Origin: Candidatus Enterocloster excrementigallinarum
GTDB taxonomy: Bacteria > Bacillota > Clostridia > Lachnospirales > Lachnospiraceae
Direction of reading: 5' to 3'
DNA: 64,000 nt
Assembly: GCA_019119955.1 (NCBI GenBank)
Contig: DWWB01000005.1
Coordinates: 52,240 to 116,239, forward strand
The position numbers and the translations under genes are program-made. Below are positions 23,001-30,800 of this stretch, piece by piece. Every line of letters starts with the position of its first letter. The first letter of the stretch is position 1. The notes beneath the pieces are model-generated. The model had not been told where the DNA came from. It did no database searches and was given only the letters and a program-made list of their open reading frames with translations.

Positions 23001-25611
23001 ACGTCCAGTCAATGATATTGGAAGCATTGGGTACGATGGTGTTGGCCTGGCTGGCAAGGAAGGTTTCGGCCTTTCTTCCGGATTCCTCGTCCTCGGACGA
23101 AAACAGACCGGACAAAAAACGTGAAATGCCTCTGGCTGCCTTTCTTGCTGTTTTTACTGCGCCGCTTAATCCGGTCAACACAATGTTTCCGCTCCGACCT
23201 TTTGTCCTGGCCACAGAGGTGGTCCCCTCATCCTCCGCAGAGGAATCCGTAGCAGTGCGCAGATTCACTTTTTCCTCCTGTCCGGAAACGGACGGAGTAG
23301 CCTCCCCCGCCTTCGCCTCTCCTGCTGCCGTCTCCGCAGCCGCCGTCTTTGCATCGGAAGGAGTGGAAGGGCTGGCCTTTGTCAGTTCTGTCTTCCGGCT
23401 TCCGGAGCCGGACTGGATGGCAGCAAAAGAGACCGCGTGCTCTTCCTGGCCGCTCCCTCCCTGTCCGCTCTCTCCCTGTCCTCCGCTGTGACGCAGACCG
23501 GAAAGATTCAAGTCCTTTGCCTCGGAAGAGCTGACTGTTCTGGTTTCAATCACAATATCATCCTTGTGTATTCCGTGAAGAACATATCCTCCCCTGGCGC
23601 TGATTTCTTTTGCGGAGTATTCGTAATCCAGATTGACAAAGTCCCTGTAAAACTCATCCCGGTCTTTTTCCAGGGCCGGGCGGCCAAGGCCTTCTGTAAT
23701 GGAATGGAAGAATCCTCCCTCCTCCACCAGCCCTTCGCAGTGATTGACTTCCTCCAGCCATTTTGCCCAGGCCTGGTCGTGGAGACTCTGGTTGGCCTGT
23801 TTGGCCGCGTCAATTTCTCCCTGGTTGGTAATCTCCCCTTCCTCGTCATACTCTGGGGATGGGACCGGCACATAACGGATGATGGGGGCCGGATGTCCTC
23901 CGCAGTATCCTTTCTGATAGGTATAAATCCTGGTATCCGTATGTCCGCTTCTGCTTAAATCCGGCAAGCCGTTGGAACTGCTGGGGTGCAGATGGCCGTC
24001 CGGTCCGGTGATATCATTGTCTCTGGGGCAGGGCGCCTCCCCATTTCCGGCATCCCATCCCTCCCAGTGTTCAAACTGGCTTCCTCCTTCATTTTTCCAG
24101 TTATAGCGGTTCCGGTCCGACTGGTTTAAGCCCATCTGGCCGCTGTAATTGGCCTCCACCTGGTCATTTCCCCATTCCGTCTGGTTCAGGCTCCCGGCGC
24201 TGCTCTCATATTCCAGCTCATCCGCCTCCAGAAGATCCAGGGCTTTTCCCTCCAGCTGAGAATCGTCAAATGCTTCCAGAATGTCAAAGACCGCTCCTTC
24301 CAAAGGCTTTCCCGTTTCGGAATCGTATTTAATCAGGTCAACGTTGTAGTTGGCCTCCCATTTTTCCTCATGGCGGTATCGGTCCACCTTCACCTCAAAG
24401 CTTCCCTCCTGGCCAGTTCCCCCGCCTTCACCGCCGCCGGACTCACCGCCAAAGGCAACGGCAACTGAAAAATTTCCTTCCAGGCTGGCTGCCAGCATGG
24501 ACTGTCCCACCCGTCCGCTTCCGTCCCGGAAATCAAATTTGACAATGCTGCCCTTGTGGAAATCCGTCAGGCACCGGTCAAACTCGCTGTCCTTCTCAAA
24601 GCTCATGTCCGCAATCTTTCCCTCCGCAGGCATCTGTCCCGTGGGAGAGACGAAATCCAGATAGGGCATTCCGCCTGCGCCCTCCTGATATCCCGCAAAC
24701 TTCCAGTCCCCATAAATGGTCTCCGCTTTTATATTGGCCCAGTATTTCCGATTGATATAGGTATCTTCAAACATCAGCTTCGCGTGGTACTGTCCATCCT
24801 CCCCCTGGGCAATCTGCGGCGCGTAGGTAAAGCCCGTCCCCTCCTGATAATTCAGGGAAGAAAGGTACTCCGTAGCCTCGTAAATCTGGTTAAACACATA
24901 CTCCTTGTAGGTACAGGGCCGTCCGTTGACGTCAAATCCCTCCTGGACCATCTCCTGGTAGACCCGCGAGCTGCCCCGGGTATCCGGATGGAAATCCTCC
25001 TCATACAGGGTTTCGATATTCCAGTTGACGGCGGACCAGTTGTAGCCGTACTCGTGAGGCAGAAGATAGCCGCCCTCGTAGGAGAGGGAAATCATGGGCT
25101 TGGCAATCAGATATCTTGCGGTCTCTTCATAGGGGTCCTTCATGGCCGATGTGCTGGCCGGGCTGGAAAGGTAGTACATAGCCAACATCGCAAAGGTAAA
25201 ATTATATTTGTCAATCTGCTCATTGTTTACATTGTAGGGCAGCTGGTCGTACGTACTGATTTCCTCCACATAGGCAACAGAACCGGGAGTGGGCCACAAT
25301 TCATGGTTTGCCACACAGAACACATAGGAGTTTGCAAATTTGCCCCATCTGGAATCGCCGGTATCCCCTGTCAGGTACTCTTTTCTGGCCTTATTTCTCA
25401 GGTATCCCGAGCCGGTTGTTTCCCTGCAGTTTCCGTTGTTGTACAGCCATGTCATTCCAAATCGCAGGGTAGTCTGTTCCCCCGGGTAAATCTCATCCGC
25501 CCCCAAGGCCGTCACCAGAATCCCCTCCCTCAATAAATTCAAAGGGCCCGCGCTTAACAGCAGGATGGCTGTCAGCACCAGAGCCACTTTGCGTTTCCAG
25601 CTTTCTTTCAT
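11092..25611 (-). CDS. Giant (4839 aa) sortase-anchored surface protein with SpaA/Cna-B isopeptide domains
   Basis: Signal peptide; repeated K..TGEELPGA..L.E..AP.GY...N units; C-terminal VKTGD, hydrophobic helix and RRWRRKRRR tail; AAAGGAGG RBS. Confidence 0.85.
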   Translation of the reverse strand: MKESWKRKVALVLTAILLLSAGPLNLLREGILVTALGADEIYPGEQTTLRFGMTWLYNNGNCRETTGSGYLRNKARKEYLTGDTGDSRWGKFANSYVFCVANHELWPTPGSVAYVEEISTYDQLPYNVNNEQIDKYNFTFAMLAMYYLSSPASTSAMKDPYEETARYLIAKPMISLSYEGGYLLPHEYGYNWSAVNWNIETLYEEDFHPDTRGSSRVYQEMVQEGFDVNGRPCTYKEYVFNQIYEATEYLSSLNYQEGTGFTYAPQIAQGEDGQYHAKLMFEDTYINRKYWANIKAETIYGDWKFAGYQEGAGGMPYLDFVSPTGQMPAEGKIADMSFEKDSEFDRCLTDFHKGSIVKFDFRDGSGRVGQSMLAASLEGNFSVAVAFGGESGGGEGGGTGQEGSFEVKVDRYRHEEKWEANYNVDLIKYDSETGKPLEGAVFDILEAFDDSQLEGKALDLLEADELEYESSAGSLNQTEWGNDQVEANYSGQMGLNQSDRNRYNWKNEGGSQFEHWEGWDAGNGEAPCPRDNDITGPDGHLHPSSSNGLPDLSRSGHTDTRIYTYQKGYCGGHPAPIIRYVPVPSPEYDEEGEITNQGEIDAAKQANQSLHDQAWAKWLEEVNHCEGLVEEGGFFHSITEGLGRPALEKDRDEFYRDFVNLDYEYSAKEISARGGYVLHGIHKDDIVIETRTVSSSEAKDLNLSGLRHSGGQGESGQGGSGQEEHAVSFAAIQSGSGSRKTELTKASPSTPSDAKTAAAETAAGEAKAGEATPSVSGQEEKVNLRTATDSSAEDEGTTSVARTKGRSGNIVLTGLSGAVKTARKAARGISRFLSGLFSSEDEESGRKAETFLASQANTIVPNASNIIDWTFIVYDHRQEGEIHFNKQDLDLVQDEDYNAYGQSNGDGTLEGAVYGLFARSDLVHPDGKTGVVYHQNDLTAVAATDRDGNGSFMAYTEAPGSTYNYETGSIEKRTDLSFDGPENLYIGEADSVALNQDNEQFAGHDKEGRALRIKESGGGTDGGYRRLSSNQEVSFEVQDNQSGNGNCWIGRPLIAGDYYIKELSRSEGYELSVYGKNASVTNKDAMEHGGEAVEGSVTLKGWTENEQYTGNLLTAESREIGEQGYDIYLYGMPEECLPQVSTYEMVKKEETMSYEKPIWSVRNQKAVAGNRVMIEGKPVAAQVGDVIALPNGDSREVTAVTESLPQYRTVYPRNYFAVEPPVLGADDEYSMMEFLMQTNIDLGKVYKRPSLGAPWKRIRMEGETKTQWAKDLTAALKELTAFNAVYLEDVIQGEDGWYGVLRYSYVQGSEEPDCLYDEQHDRILVKQPVDMDGSEGFVYVPYERRDLTRYEENEAGFLTEASLKVLVPDADSVSLYEDLEQLEYQEVMGESYWIYQEGDDLLNEDGSVATQRYISGYERVEETVTIEEKQEQKLPAAQISYDAANSRYIIHVKQEQIPEDGILNFEINYGVSQVNGQLPGQYAAEHVNTGAAPSMAAEGSYLVNISLGNQDSRTVILDGNTGTAPAVVYQRPIRQKLKVAKNIRTEPDGSYAHNTYQVEEIQKAANFRFKAYLKSNLERLYRDEEGTITWLDRNGNELSYTEVISPDFPLHSDNGTVQKTNVPKLFTKADHHTGSNLTSANGNNTLSDYQDPEAADTNAAWKTPYDTSIAEKGVGVLPNDALYSYRGKNKDVAKSDAIRSRQNRGYTRILETVEQQEENGGSPITVRTYNYEKFFDALEVANVDKWDDKNQTYTSWKPLGNQANRSAYAENNAKASDQVRQFAIAWYLDDETAKLVADNSQNENEGKEKERYTEELYDEALNYALEKAYNYLKPFFNYDLDEIYAIPWDSGAGGGADGDRTTLSADLDGGAYTYGLSSYLPYGTYVVTEQQPKYVGKDQEAFNDFLNKHYRIDRPKEVMVPAVYEEGTETSGDRTLSREYEYDAGMALTTQAGRYAIRFGEEWNGRGGDERQYVIRAHNNSGNFEVYKYGLEPDKLTGRISYEGGSYDYRGFGITQEEYDPLKDYYNPIHQVFGTALRKDQGANDNSHYYADDGNKGLTTANGEAYETDGIEKRYHYGSVSEQGGMARTIRFGQESGAVYRSAAAMQGVQTAYDGLYAPMLVPYSVAEPEDEKQYVPSGLEGYADGAYRNRFYSAKLRIEKLDSETHENLLHDGALFMLYRAERDETTGQVLFYEKDTTIRGSEEFLKAMGAEHIESLIRDEEGAGTLYSGVVKAGTPVCHEEDKIVMSDGQGKDVGQFEAFSTIGDISMKDEDTDKAPNAYRRQAAGYLETPQPLGAGVYVLCEIPPGGYVRTAPIAIEVYSDQVTYYKEGGKDQRVRAAVYEKGAEGGQEKENESQVQADVAQIYVENVPIKLQVEKLKKTGEVTFRIGERVDGSLTEIGGNPQLEYAYSNGVYLGYAYPKGTLERLQALKEAGEQVEIVWEDGHFAGYGYVTRTRDTDDDANPYVAGARMTLFDAIELTPSGDTEDHAYEGLTVNRSNTGTVLELFVRKGYAGEKTELVKETDENGKEILEDYVVGTGEDGRPVTKKGYVWKEGRVERPDTDILYYDLDSLSLTWTERVDGRDILYGWNKDHEKIPVEQVQSDMQNHRKSDREPSIYAFKGGQAYLEFAGGDLRKLSYNSVSKILEGDFARMEWKNSRHTWKMGEGTRVYHLDAEGRRDAMVDPYTGMAYVLEPVTDEAGTHRADRVLVWPVEVHRDENGNVTARDKITTSRIATLGENKEGYGENAVIEPINQSGQEIEDSEKPSYQHQESGFLNGSWESENGEESHKEQTVKTNSQGQNLNGEILMDIRNGDFLKYMSPVYDEHGLVLYYQRSGETYDKGSEIYDRNGDFVRYKDSDNLEEYNRAAYALDERDDLYDGKSSLEIQTQDRLYHRLGESYILENTWMTSDRTPNNPFDTEETAGQPDLLKRLPAGTYILEEISAPWQSGYVKAEPVGVTVEESAEIKSVEVKDDTTKIYIEKIDGPAASQVKVLDMDQKGREGNYRTAGESAEGPAHYSNSQLSGSRIALYPARMEMDAGEPDGYRLVKLSDNPLRFETTDSRAGELRELTAVWTTGARPVYLEGIPAGWYILEELSAPEGFVKSQPVYVRVENQEEIVSIRMMDDHTKVAFEKYTIEGMERKLLNGAEFALYAAETDENGEILYQDGIPQYQEDRRIDSWVSDDASDYTENINLKDYANTSGANQLTGFTLEFERMYEAYGVKGTGFSWSAGRSARRSSRDSNVWLLEDGSRIVVEEDAAIFPESMSREDREGFKAAYEEMTGGQLELKWAAARTAKVSEIESVEAAVSGPKYPDVAKITLTIEETGQKVLADVRYNGTEFAYDYKFNYHTLPQVNAYANAWLEADGRYRMDYLPVGGRYVLVETRTPEGYVKAEPVAVKVEETVDVQLHDVFNERKHLALSKVSSETGEELPGAKLALYRADLKGECVQEAEYLLEQWVSGTDGVYTETDRINGRIPSGYEIGDLKPHVIYGLEDGVYYLVETESPAYYQVMKPVRIDYRGGETAQVIQGNNQPVKGKLLVKKTDEDGKLLRGAVFELCAYERSGKRVEGFPITVSDTNGTVSAEGLPVGTVKADGSVEAYTYKLKEVTPPDGFAANPRIFTFTFDGDGDYRENPEAEYALYETSVENSPTRIRIEKKDFDQLNDAGTDGAFVKGATLAVYEARMGEDGTYTYEEENLFEQWTSNGGPHLLEGLTAGKTYILVEQAAPKGYTLMKPVLFNVSKSGRSIRGISNEMTMVQVDYVKGDDLNIQEDTIGAVTIRGRIVLKNEVVMLDETGKEVLRFAATGKEQLIPKTDELEENGLYTFEEHTVYSDGSDVVTKRRTRRVRFGEKGFVYEGRTAERTELTVSGSEGNVITTMIPLEAGQEQTISNGLNPENPKIVVKNRNGQAGEPLMAGQPVINTVTYYNPSSRPQTITVEAAMDENTELLDAYEGEAEGKTIRWIIPDAEPYTSGSVSFASSLAADCGGDVRLNAVVKVGNREFSESKIVPILKPNHLTVFNELTGSGQKLHQTETGRFIIRLWDERGRELAGSYRYEGSRSGLLRSGDAIELAGNEYITIDPASYKNCSYEVVREEDGREVESYETKGQIGTDGTGSWFIRSVQDQSDRQLFVKGETYFLTEITRYSDGEERVSSRMSFTLDEQAGISAIGGYDKETEVVISKTDLTTGEELPGNHLTVTDEKGEIVDQWISGEAPHVIRGLEPGKRYTLTEVRPAEGFAWAEEITFQVNEDGTAEEILMENRPTHAVITKKDITNGEELPGAHLELLDEDGNTVDEWISTDRPHEIVGELTAGASYVLRETIPAEGFVKASDISFRVNPDGSINDVEMKDDTTKVRIYKNVWEEAGPSAGPGEATPSRAESGTPIPGAVLQILNEDKTPALRNGEEMIFTTTDSFAYFEKQLTAGKTYWLREVRPAPGFAWAEDVKFTVSQDGSVDVVLMEDKPTVVRIAKTDITGEQEVPGCELQLVDEKNQLIEEWISTDRPHEIVGKLEAGKEYRLIETNPAPGYAYARDVVFTVNRDGSVNQVEMRDDVTKVEILKVSAETGRPLAGAKFEIRTWEGELVERWSSTKEAYRIEGKLLAGETYLLREVSAPSGYKPMADVHFKVNDYGEPLRITAENRKKEGGGGGRDYTIRLKKVDEEGNPLPGAAFQVEDESGRSLSLLRQSEGTVFQATVKTPGILTVTELSGPEGYEKLEGEYRIQIPEKGDAVLLNGDEAFYQEEGNSYVFYAVNRREPEQPEIPRGRTVGWITAEYDRRLFGNGKALAQLRGQGIELVKTGDDFPYQWVTGILAVSAAGFGAGLYRRWRRKRRR

Positions 25612-25706
25612 TTTCCTCTGCTCCTCCTTTATATGGTTCCGTGTATCGCATGTAAGCGTCCAAAATACGGACGCTAAGTGCTCGTAACAATGCTCCGTAC
25701 TAGGCT

Positions 25707-25746
25707 AACAAAAAAAGACCTGGATGAAATCCAAGTCCTTTTTGTT
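25707..25746 (-). terminator. Intrinsic terminator about 95 bp upstream of the giant surface-protein gene
   Basis: Minus strand: AACAAAAAGGACTTGGAT-TTC-ATCCAGGTCTTTTTTTGTT. Confidence 0.75.
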
Positions 25747-25783
25747 ACATGTCTCTGTTCAATTATTGCCTACTGAGTGACTA

Positions 25784-25874
25784 TTCAGGACGTCCGATGT
25801 GAAAACGAGGGCAAAAACATACTTATAAGCAAGCTTAACGCTTGTTTTTGCCCTCGTTTTCCCGCCGTCCTGAA
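25784..25874. repeat. Large inverted repeat (19-bp perfect arms plus 9-bp outer arms)
   Basis: GAAAACGAGGGCAAAAACA (25801-25819) / TGTTTTTGCCCTCGTTTTC (25843-25861); outer TTCAGGACG / CGTCCTGAA. Confidence 0.85.
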
Positions 25875-25879
25875 CTGTT

Positions 25880-26722
25880 CTACAAATTATACTTTCGGAA
25901 TAGCTCCTGGCGGTAGGCTCTGTCTGTCGACGCACGCTCAAGCTCCCGGTATCTTTTTTTCCGAATCAAAATCTGGTTCAGCTTTACCATACGTTCTTCC
26001 CCCTGCTCCAAGCCTTTTTCCAAGTTTTCCTGGTCCCTTAGCATCAACGTCATATATTCATGCCTCCATTCCCGGTTCTTCCTCGCTTCAGCTACCGCCT
26101 GCTCAACCTCCTGAACAAACGGGTCGTCGCTTATTTTTCCGGCTACATAATCCAAAAATGCTCTTAAACTGCTGCTTATATCATTCCTGGTTCCTTTTGC
26201 ATTCAAAAAAATCCTTGTGGCCCCGTCGCCGATTTTTAAGTCCGGCGCCTCTTTGCATCTGCCCTCAAACGTATATTTGTGAAGCCCCATCCCATAAAGG
26301 TCAAAGGGACATATAAAAATGATATATGTATCGTTTAAATACCGGTAAGCCACGCTTTTATCCAGCAGATTCATGTCAATCATCCCCTGGTAGTAGCGGC
26401 TCCTGCGGGGCAGTTCCTTTGTATCCGCCAGCTGCATTTCCACACTGTATATCCTGTCCTGGTCATCTGCTGTATACACATCCAGCCGGATGCTTCTGGC
26501 ATCCACATCTTCCGATATGGCTTTCTGCGTTTCCACCATTTGAATCCGCTTAATCTCTAAGTCCGGCAAAATCCTCTGCAGCAATTTTTTGCACAGACCC
26601 GGATTTTTTCTCATGAGTTTCCCAAAGAGAAAATCATTTGAAATTTTAATCTCCGCCCAGGATTTTTGCAGTTCTTCCTCCCAATCGGTCCTCTCCCTCA
26701 CCTTTATTTTATTGAATTTCAT
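25880..26722 (-). CDS. Rpn family recombination-promoting nuclease / putative transposase (PD-(D/E)XK); start uncertain (26701-26722)
   Basis: ISNDFLFGKLM, SIRLDVY...VEMQ, LPRRSRYYQGMID, YIIFICPFD, IFLNAKG motifs. The longer track ORF overlaps the upstream gene. Confidence 0.85.
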   Translation of the reverse strand: MKFNKIKVRERTDWEEELQKSWAEIKISNDFLFGKLMRKNPGLCKKLLQRILPDLEIKRIQMVETQKAISEDVDARSIRLDVYTADDQDRIYSVEMQLADTKELPRRSRYYQGMIDMNLLDKSVAYRYLNDTYIIFICPFDLYGMGLHKYTFEGRCKEAPDLKIGDGATRIFLNAKGTRNDISSSLRAFLDYVAGKISDDPFVQEVEQAVAEARKNREWRHEYMTLMLRDQENLEKGLEQGEERMVKLNQILIRKKRYRELERASTDRAYRQELFRKYNL

Positions 26723-27581
26723 AGTCCCTGTCAACCCAGCCGCCATCGTACCCCATCTTCGTACTGGTGCTTCCAATGCAGCAATTCCGGTACATATACC
26801 CATCCTCTGAAAAGAAGTGCTCTCCCCTCCCGCTGTAGGCCAGATGATTGGGGTCGCTGCTCTGACGCAGTTTTTTATTCTCCGCCAAATATTCTTCCGA
26901 ATAAGTAACAGCATGGAATCCATACCCGGCAAATGTGCCGTCATCGTACCGATAGCGGATATTGGTTTTTCCATTGACCGCATCCGGCTTTGTATGATCG
27001 ATTACCAATTTTCCGGCAAAGCGGTACGCGCTTCCGCCGGAAGCCTGCGCCGCCCCTAAAGACAGTATCTCCCCTTGATATCCATACTGCTCAACCGGAA
27101 CCGCGAAGTATTCATTTTGACGGTAAATGTGGGTTCCGGTGTGAAAGGCTCCCGACCGGAACTCCTGATACAGATTCATGTCAAATGGGATAATCCCCCG
27201 TATCCCATCCGGAGACGCCAGCCGGTTGGGGCCGCCGATTACGGTATAGCGCTCCGAATCTTCCGTGGTCTCCCTGACCTGATGCTGCACTGCGGTCTGA
27301 ACCGCGCCGTCCTTCACCCAGGCTCCATTTTCATTTACCTGAAAGCCATCCGGCGTCGTCCTGTTTTCCATCATATAGCCATCCGGCCCAAAACAGTAGC
27401 ACTCCGATACCCCATCCCGGTTCCCGTCAATCCAGCTCCAGTCATTTGCCGTATAACTTCCATCCTCTTCCTGCCACCTCCAACCCCTGTCATCCTGCTG
27501 CCACTGGCCCCCATAGGCCGCTCCAGCCATGAAAGCGCTCAGTCCCGCCGCACACAACGCTGTTTTCCATAACTTTAACAT
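26709..27581 (-). CDS. Secreted protein with N-terminal cell-wall-binding repeats and unknown C-terminal domain
   Basis: AAGGAGGGG RBS then MLKLWKTALCAAG signal peptide; GWRW...WIDGNRDGVSECYCF...TTPDGFQVNENGAW module. Confidence 0.75.
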   Translation of the reverse strand: MLKLWKTALCAAGLSAFMAGAAYGGQWQQDDRGWRWQEEDGSYTANDWSWIDGNRDGVSECYCFGPDGYMMENRTTPDGFQVNENGAWVKDGAVQTAVQHQVRETTEDSERYTVIGGPNRLASPDGIRGIIPFDMNLYQEFRSGAFHTGTHIYRQNEYFAVPVEQYGYQGEILSLGAAQASGGSAYRFAGKLVIDHTKPDAVNGKTNIRYRYDDGTFAGYGFHAVTYSEEYLAENKKLRQSSDPNHLAYSGRGEHFFSEDGYMYRNCCIGSTSTKMGYDGGWVDRDYEIQ

Positions 27582-27660
27582 AAGATTTCCCCTCCTTGCT
27601 TCCTTACAAAACCTGCATCTAGCATCCATGAGAATCATGAATGACACATCCAAATTTTGT

Positions 27661-27696
27661 AAACGGCGGAGGAGGAAAGCAAAGCCTCCCCCGCCG
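27661..27696 (-). terminator. GC-rich hairpin (possible terminator) inside the surface cluster
   Basis: ACGGCGG-AGGAGG...CCTCC-CCGCCGT; only a short T run on the minus strand. Confidence 0.5.
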
Positions 27697-27805
27697 TCAG
27701 GACATTCCATTTCAACGCTCCGGCAATATTCAGTTGCCAAGGTACAATTTAATGATACAAGCAAAAGGGTGTACATTCCCACGGAACAGCCCGTACATTA
27801 TCAGG

Positions 27806-30800
27806 TCAGCCCGGCTGCAGTTCTTTCACCTGCACCACGCCATTCTCCAGCCACTGGCCTTTTTCATTCACCTGATAGCCATCGGGCGTTGTCTGATTTT
27901 TCAGCAGGCGCCCCCTCGTGCCATCTGAAACCGGATTGAAATAATAGCACTCCGCAGTCCCGTCTCCATTGTCGTCAATCCAGTTCCATCCTGCAAACAT
28001 ACGTCCCTGTGTGTTGTCAGAGATTGGATTCAGATAAAAGGTATTTCCCTCCTTATCGGTATACCATCCTGTTATCATAAATCCTTCTGCATCAAAGCGG
28101 AACCAGTCCGTGCTGCTCTGTCCGTCCCCGGCATATGGATTATAAATATAGGCCCACTCATCCCGATAGGTCCTGCCGCTGCTTGCAAAACTCCATCTTC
28201 CGTCTGTCTGACGGCTCCAGGTTCCCGTCACAGAACCTGCCGGAGCTGAACCAGTTCCTCTGGCCGGGGAGGCTCCCTTGAAGGAGGAACCGCCGCCTCC
28301 TCCGCCCCCACCCCCTCCGCCGCCGGACCCTCCGGAAGAAGCGTAAGTCTGATCGTCAATGGTCAGCTTCAGCTGAACGGGAACGGAATCGATCATCGTT
28401 CCATCCGGGCTTTTCACGGAAATCACCGCCTGGATTTCGGCACCCTCCGTGCCGCCTGCCGCGTTTTGCAGCCACTGGGGCGCGATATTCCCTTCTCCGT
28501 CTAAAATAACCGGCGCAACGAACCCTTCCTCCGATACTGTCAATACGGAAGAATCGCTGCTCGTCCAGTTCCGGTTCACCGCCGCCTGCTCCGGGTACCG
28601 TATCGCGGAAAACTGTTTTCCCTCCCAACCCGACCAGGCATAGGTGGGACTGCTGCGGCGCCCTGTCTTTTTCAGCGCGATCTCGAAGCTCTCGGTCTGA
28701 CGGTCCGCCTCCAAAGCATGGGCCGCAAAGTTTAAGGTGATTTTACAGGAGCCGGCCTTGCCGCCGTCCTCCGTCCTGGCTGTAACAACAACCTCTCTCT
28801 GTCCCTGGTAGGGAGCCTGTTTCATGATTTCCTGTATCCAGGCGGCGTTCTCCTTCACCGTCAGCTTTCCATTCTCCACGGACAATGCTTCCGTGTCCGA
28901 TGATTCCCAGAGAACGGACCGGTTGTAGGGCTCATGGACGTCCTGAACCTCCAAATCGGGTAGGACTGCGGCAGTCAGGGTATCCCTCTCCCCGAAACCT
29001 ATTTTTTCCAGCAGTTCTGATTTGGTATCGCCCGAAAAACGATACGCTAGGTTATAATCCAGTTCCGTCCGGCTCAGCTTAATTCCCTCCGGATGGATGA
29101 CCGTCTGGTCCTCTGTCACGAAATGCAGCACAACCTGGCACTGGGCTTTCACAATCCCGTGGGTCTGGTCTTCCGATGTGGCCGTTACGGTTTCCGTCAC
29201 GGTTCCGCTTCCGGACAGCTTTAAATATCCTCCGTCGGCCTCCTTTGCCCTGTCGTCGGCATTTACGATATTCTGAATCCAGGCCGGATGATTCTCCCCA
29301 CTTAAATCGCAGACAGCCCCAATCCGGCACTCCTGTCCGTTGGTCCCGGAAGGAGTAAGGGTAATCAGCTTCCCATTTTCCGTGTCCGTCCAGCTCACAT
29401 TTTTATAGAAAGGCTGAACGGGCTTCAGACTGGCGCTAAGGGCAAACGGTGCGGAAACGCCGTAGGTCTCCGTGGGATTCTTCCGGTCGCCGGTCAGCCT
29501 TCGGGTAATGTATAAATGAACCTGGGACTGGTTCAGATTTAAACCTTCTACCCGAATGGTGGTCTGGTCTTTAATCCGGAAGGATACCGTCACCTTGCAG
29601 GTCCCGGTCACAGCCTTCTGATCTACGCTGGTGGCCGGATTTGTGGACGCCGTCACCACCGCAGGCTGGGTATAAATCGTATTCCCAATGGCCTGCTCAT
29701 ATCCTCCGTCCGCCTGGGCCTGCTCCGCTCTCCTGATGTGTCCCTGGATAAAATCGGAATCCAGATTGGGGATAATCCGGGCGTCGCTCTGGGTATAGCC
29801 GCCGGTCCAGCCCTCCTCAAACCGGATCAGGTCCGTATCGTCGATGGACCACAGCACCGTTCGGTCCGCCGTGTCGCCGGCCCCGTTGTGCTCCGCATGG
29901 ATTCTCACTGGCAGCGCCTCCACCGAAGCATCCTGTCTGCCGTTGATATAACGGGCAATCAGGGTTCCCTCCCCGTCACGCACCTCCAGCGTAATCTCCG
30001 GATTTTTCCGATCCCCCGTCCGAATCTGCACCACAGACAGTTCCGCCTCTTTTGGCTCCATGGTCAGCTCCGTGGTCACCTTCACATATTCCGCGTTCAG
30101 CTCCGTATCGCTTTCCGGCATCTCAAAGGTATAGCTTCCGCCGCTCACATAGGTCATGGGACGGGGAACTCCCTCCTCGTCGGTATAAGTCGGCGGTTTT
30201 ACCATTCCCGGCTCGTCCTCGTCATAGGCCAGCTGGTATCGGTTTCCATTTTGATTTTTAGCGGCCGTTGCAACGGAAATAGTACAGCCCGCCGGCGCTG
30301 CCGCCGGATGGTCCTTATCGATGACACGGTAATAGCTGTTGTTTCCGGACGGGATGGCCGTCAGAACCGCCACATCGTTATCATAGGTTCCATTGGCGTT
30401 TTTCGTATCAATCCGGGGAATGGAAATCAGATACCCTTTCACCGGCTCCCCTTGGTTTCCGGGCGCGTAGTGGTCAATTTTAAAATCCTGGCCCTCGCTG
30501 TAGTCAACATCTACCTCCTGCCCTGTTTTCTGTGTGATAACATAGCGGATTCCATCCTCCAGCTCTTCGTAAAAATACCGTTCCCCGCTGGCGGACTCCG
30601 TACTCCCGGCTACCTGGACGTACTTTTTCCCATAATCCGTGAAATATCCGATATGGGCGTCCATGGTCCAGGTGTTGTCATCGGCAATGCCGGAACCGAT
30701 TACCCGCTTGGCCTGGTTGGGGGAGGAGGCGTAAAGGAAGGACAGATTGTCGTTCGTTCCGGTGCCATAGCGGAAGCCATTTCTCGGTTCCCTGGTCCCG

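Noticed and set aside
26723-26983. N-terminal extension of the first Rpn ORF in the track
   Set aside because: Overlaps the upstream wall-protein gene; nuclease motifs begin near 26650. Similar over-extended starts were trimmed for TetR, ppdK, recO, rnj and others.
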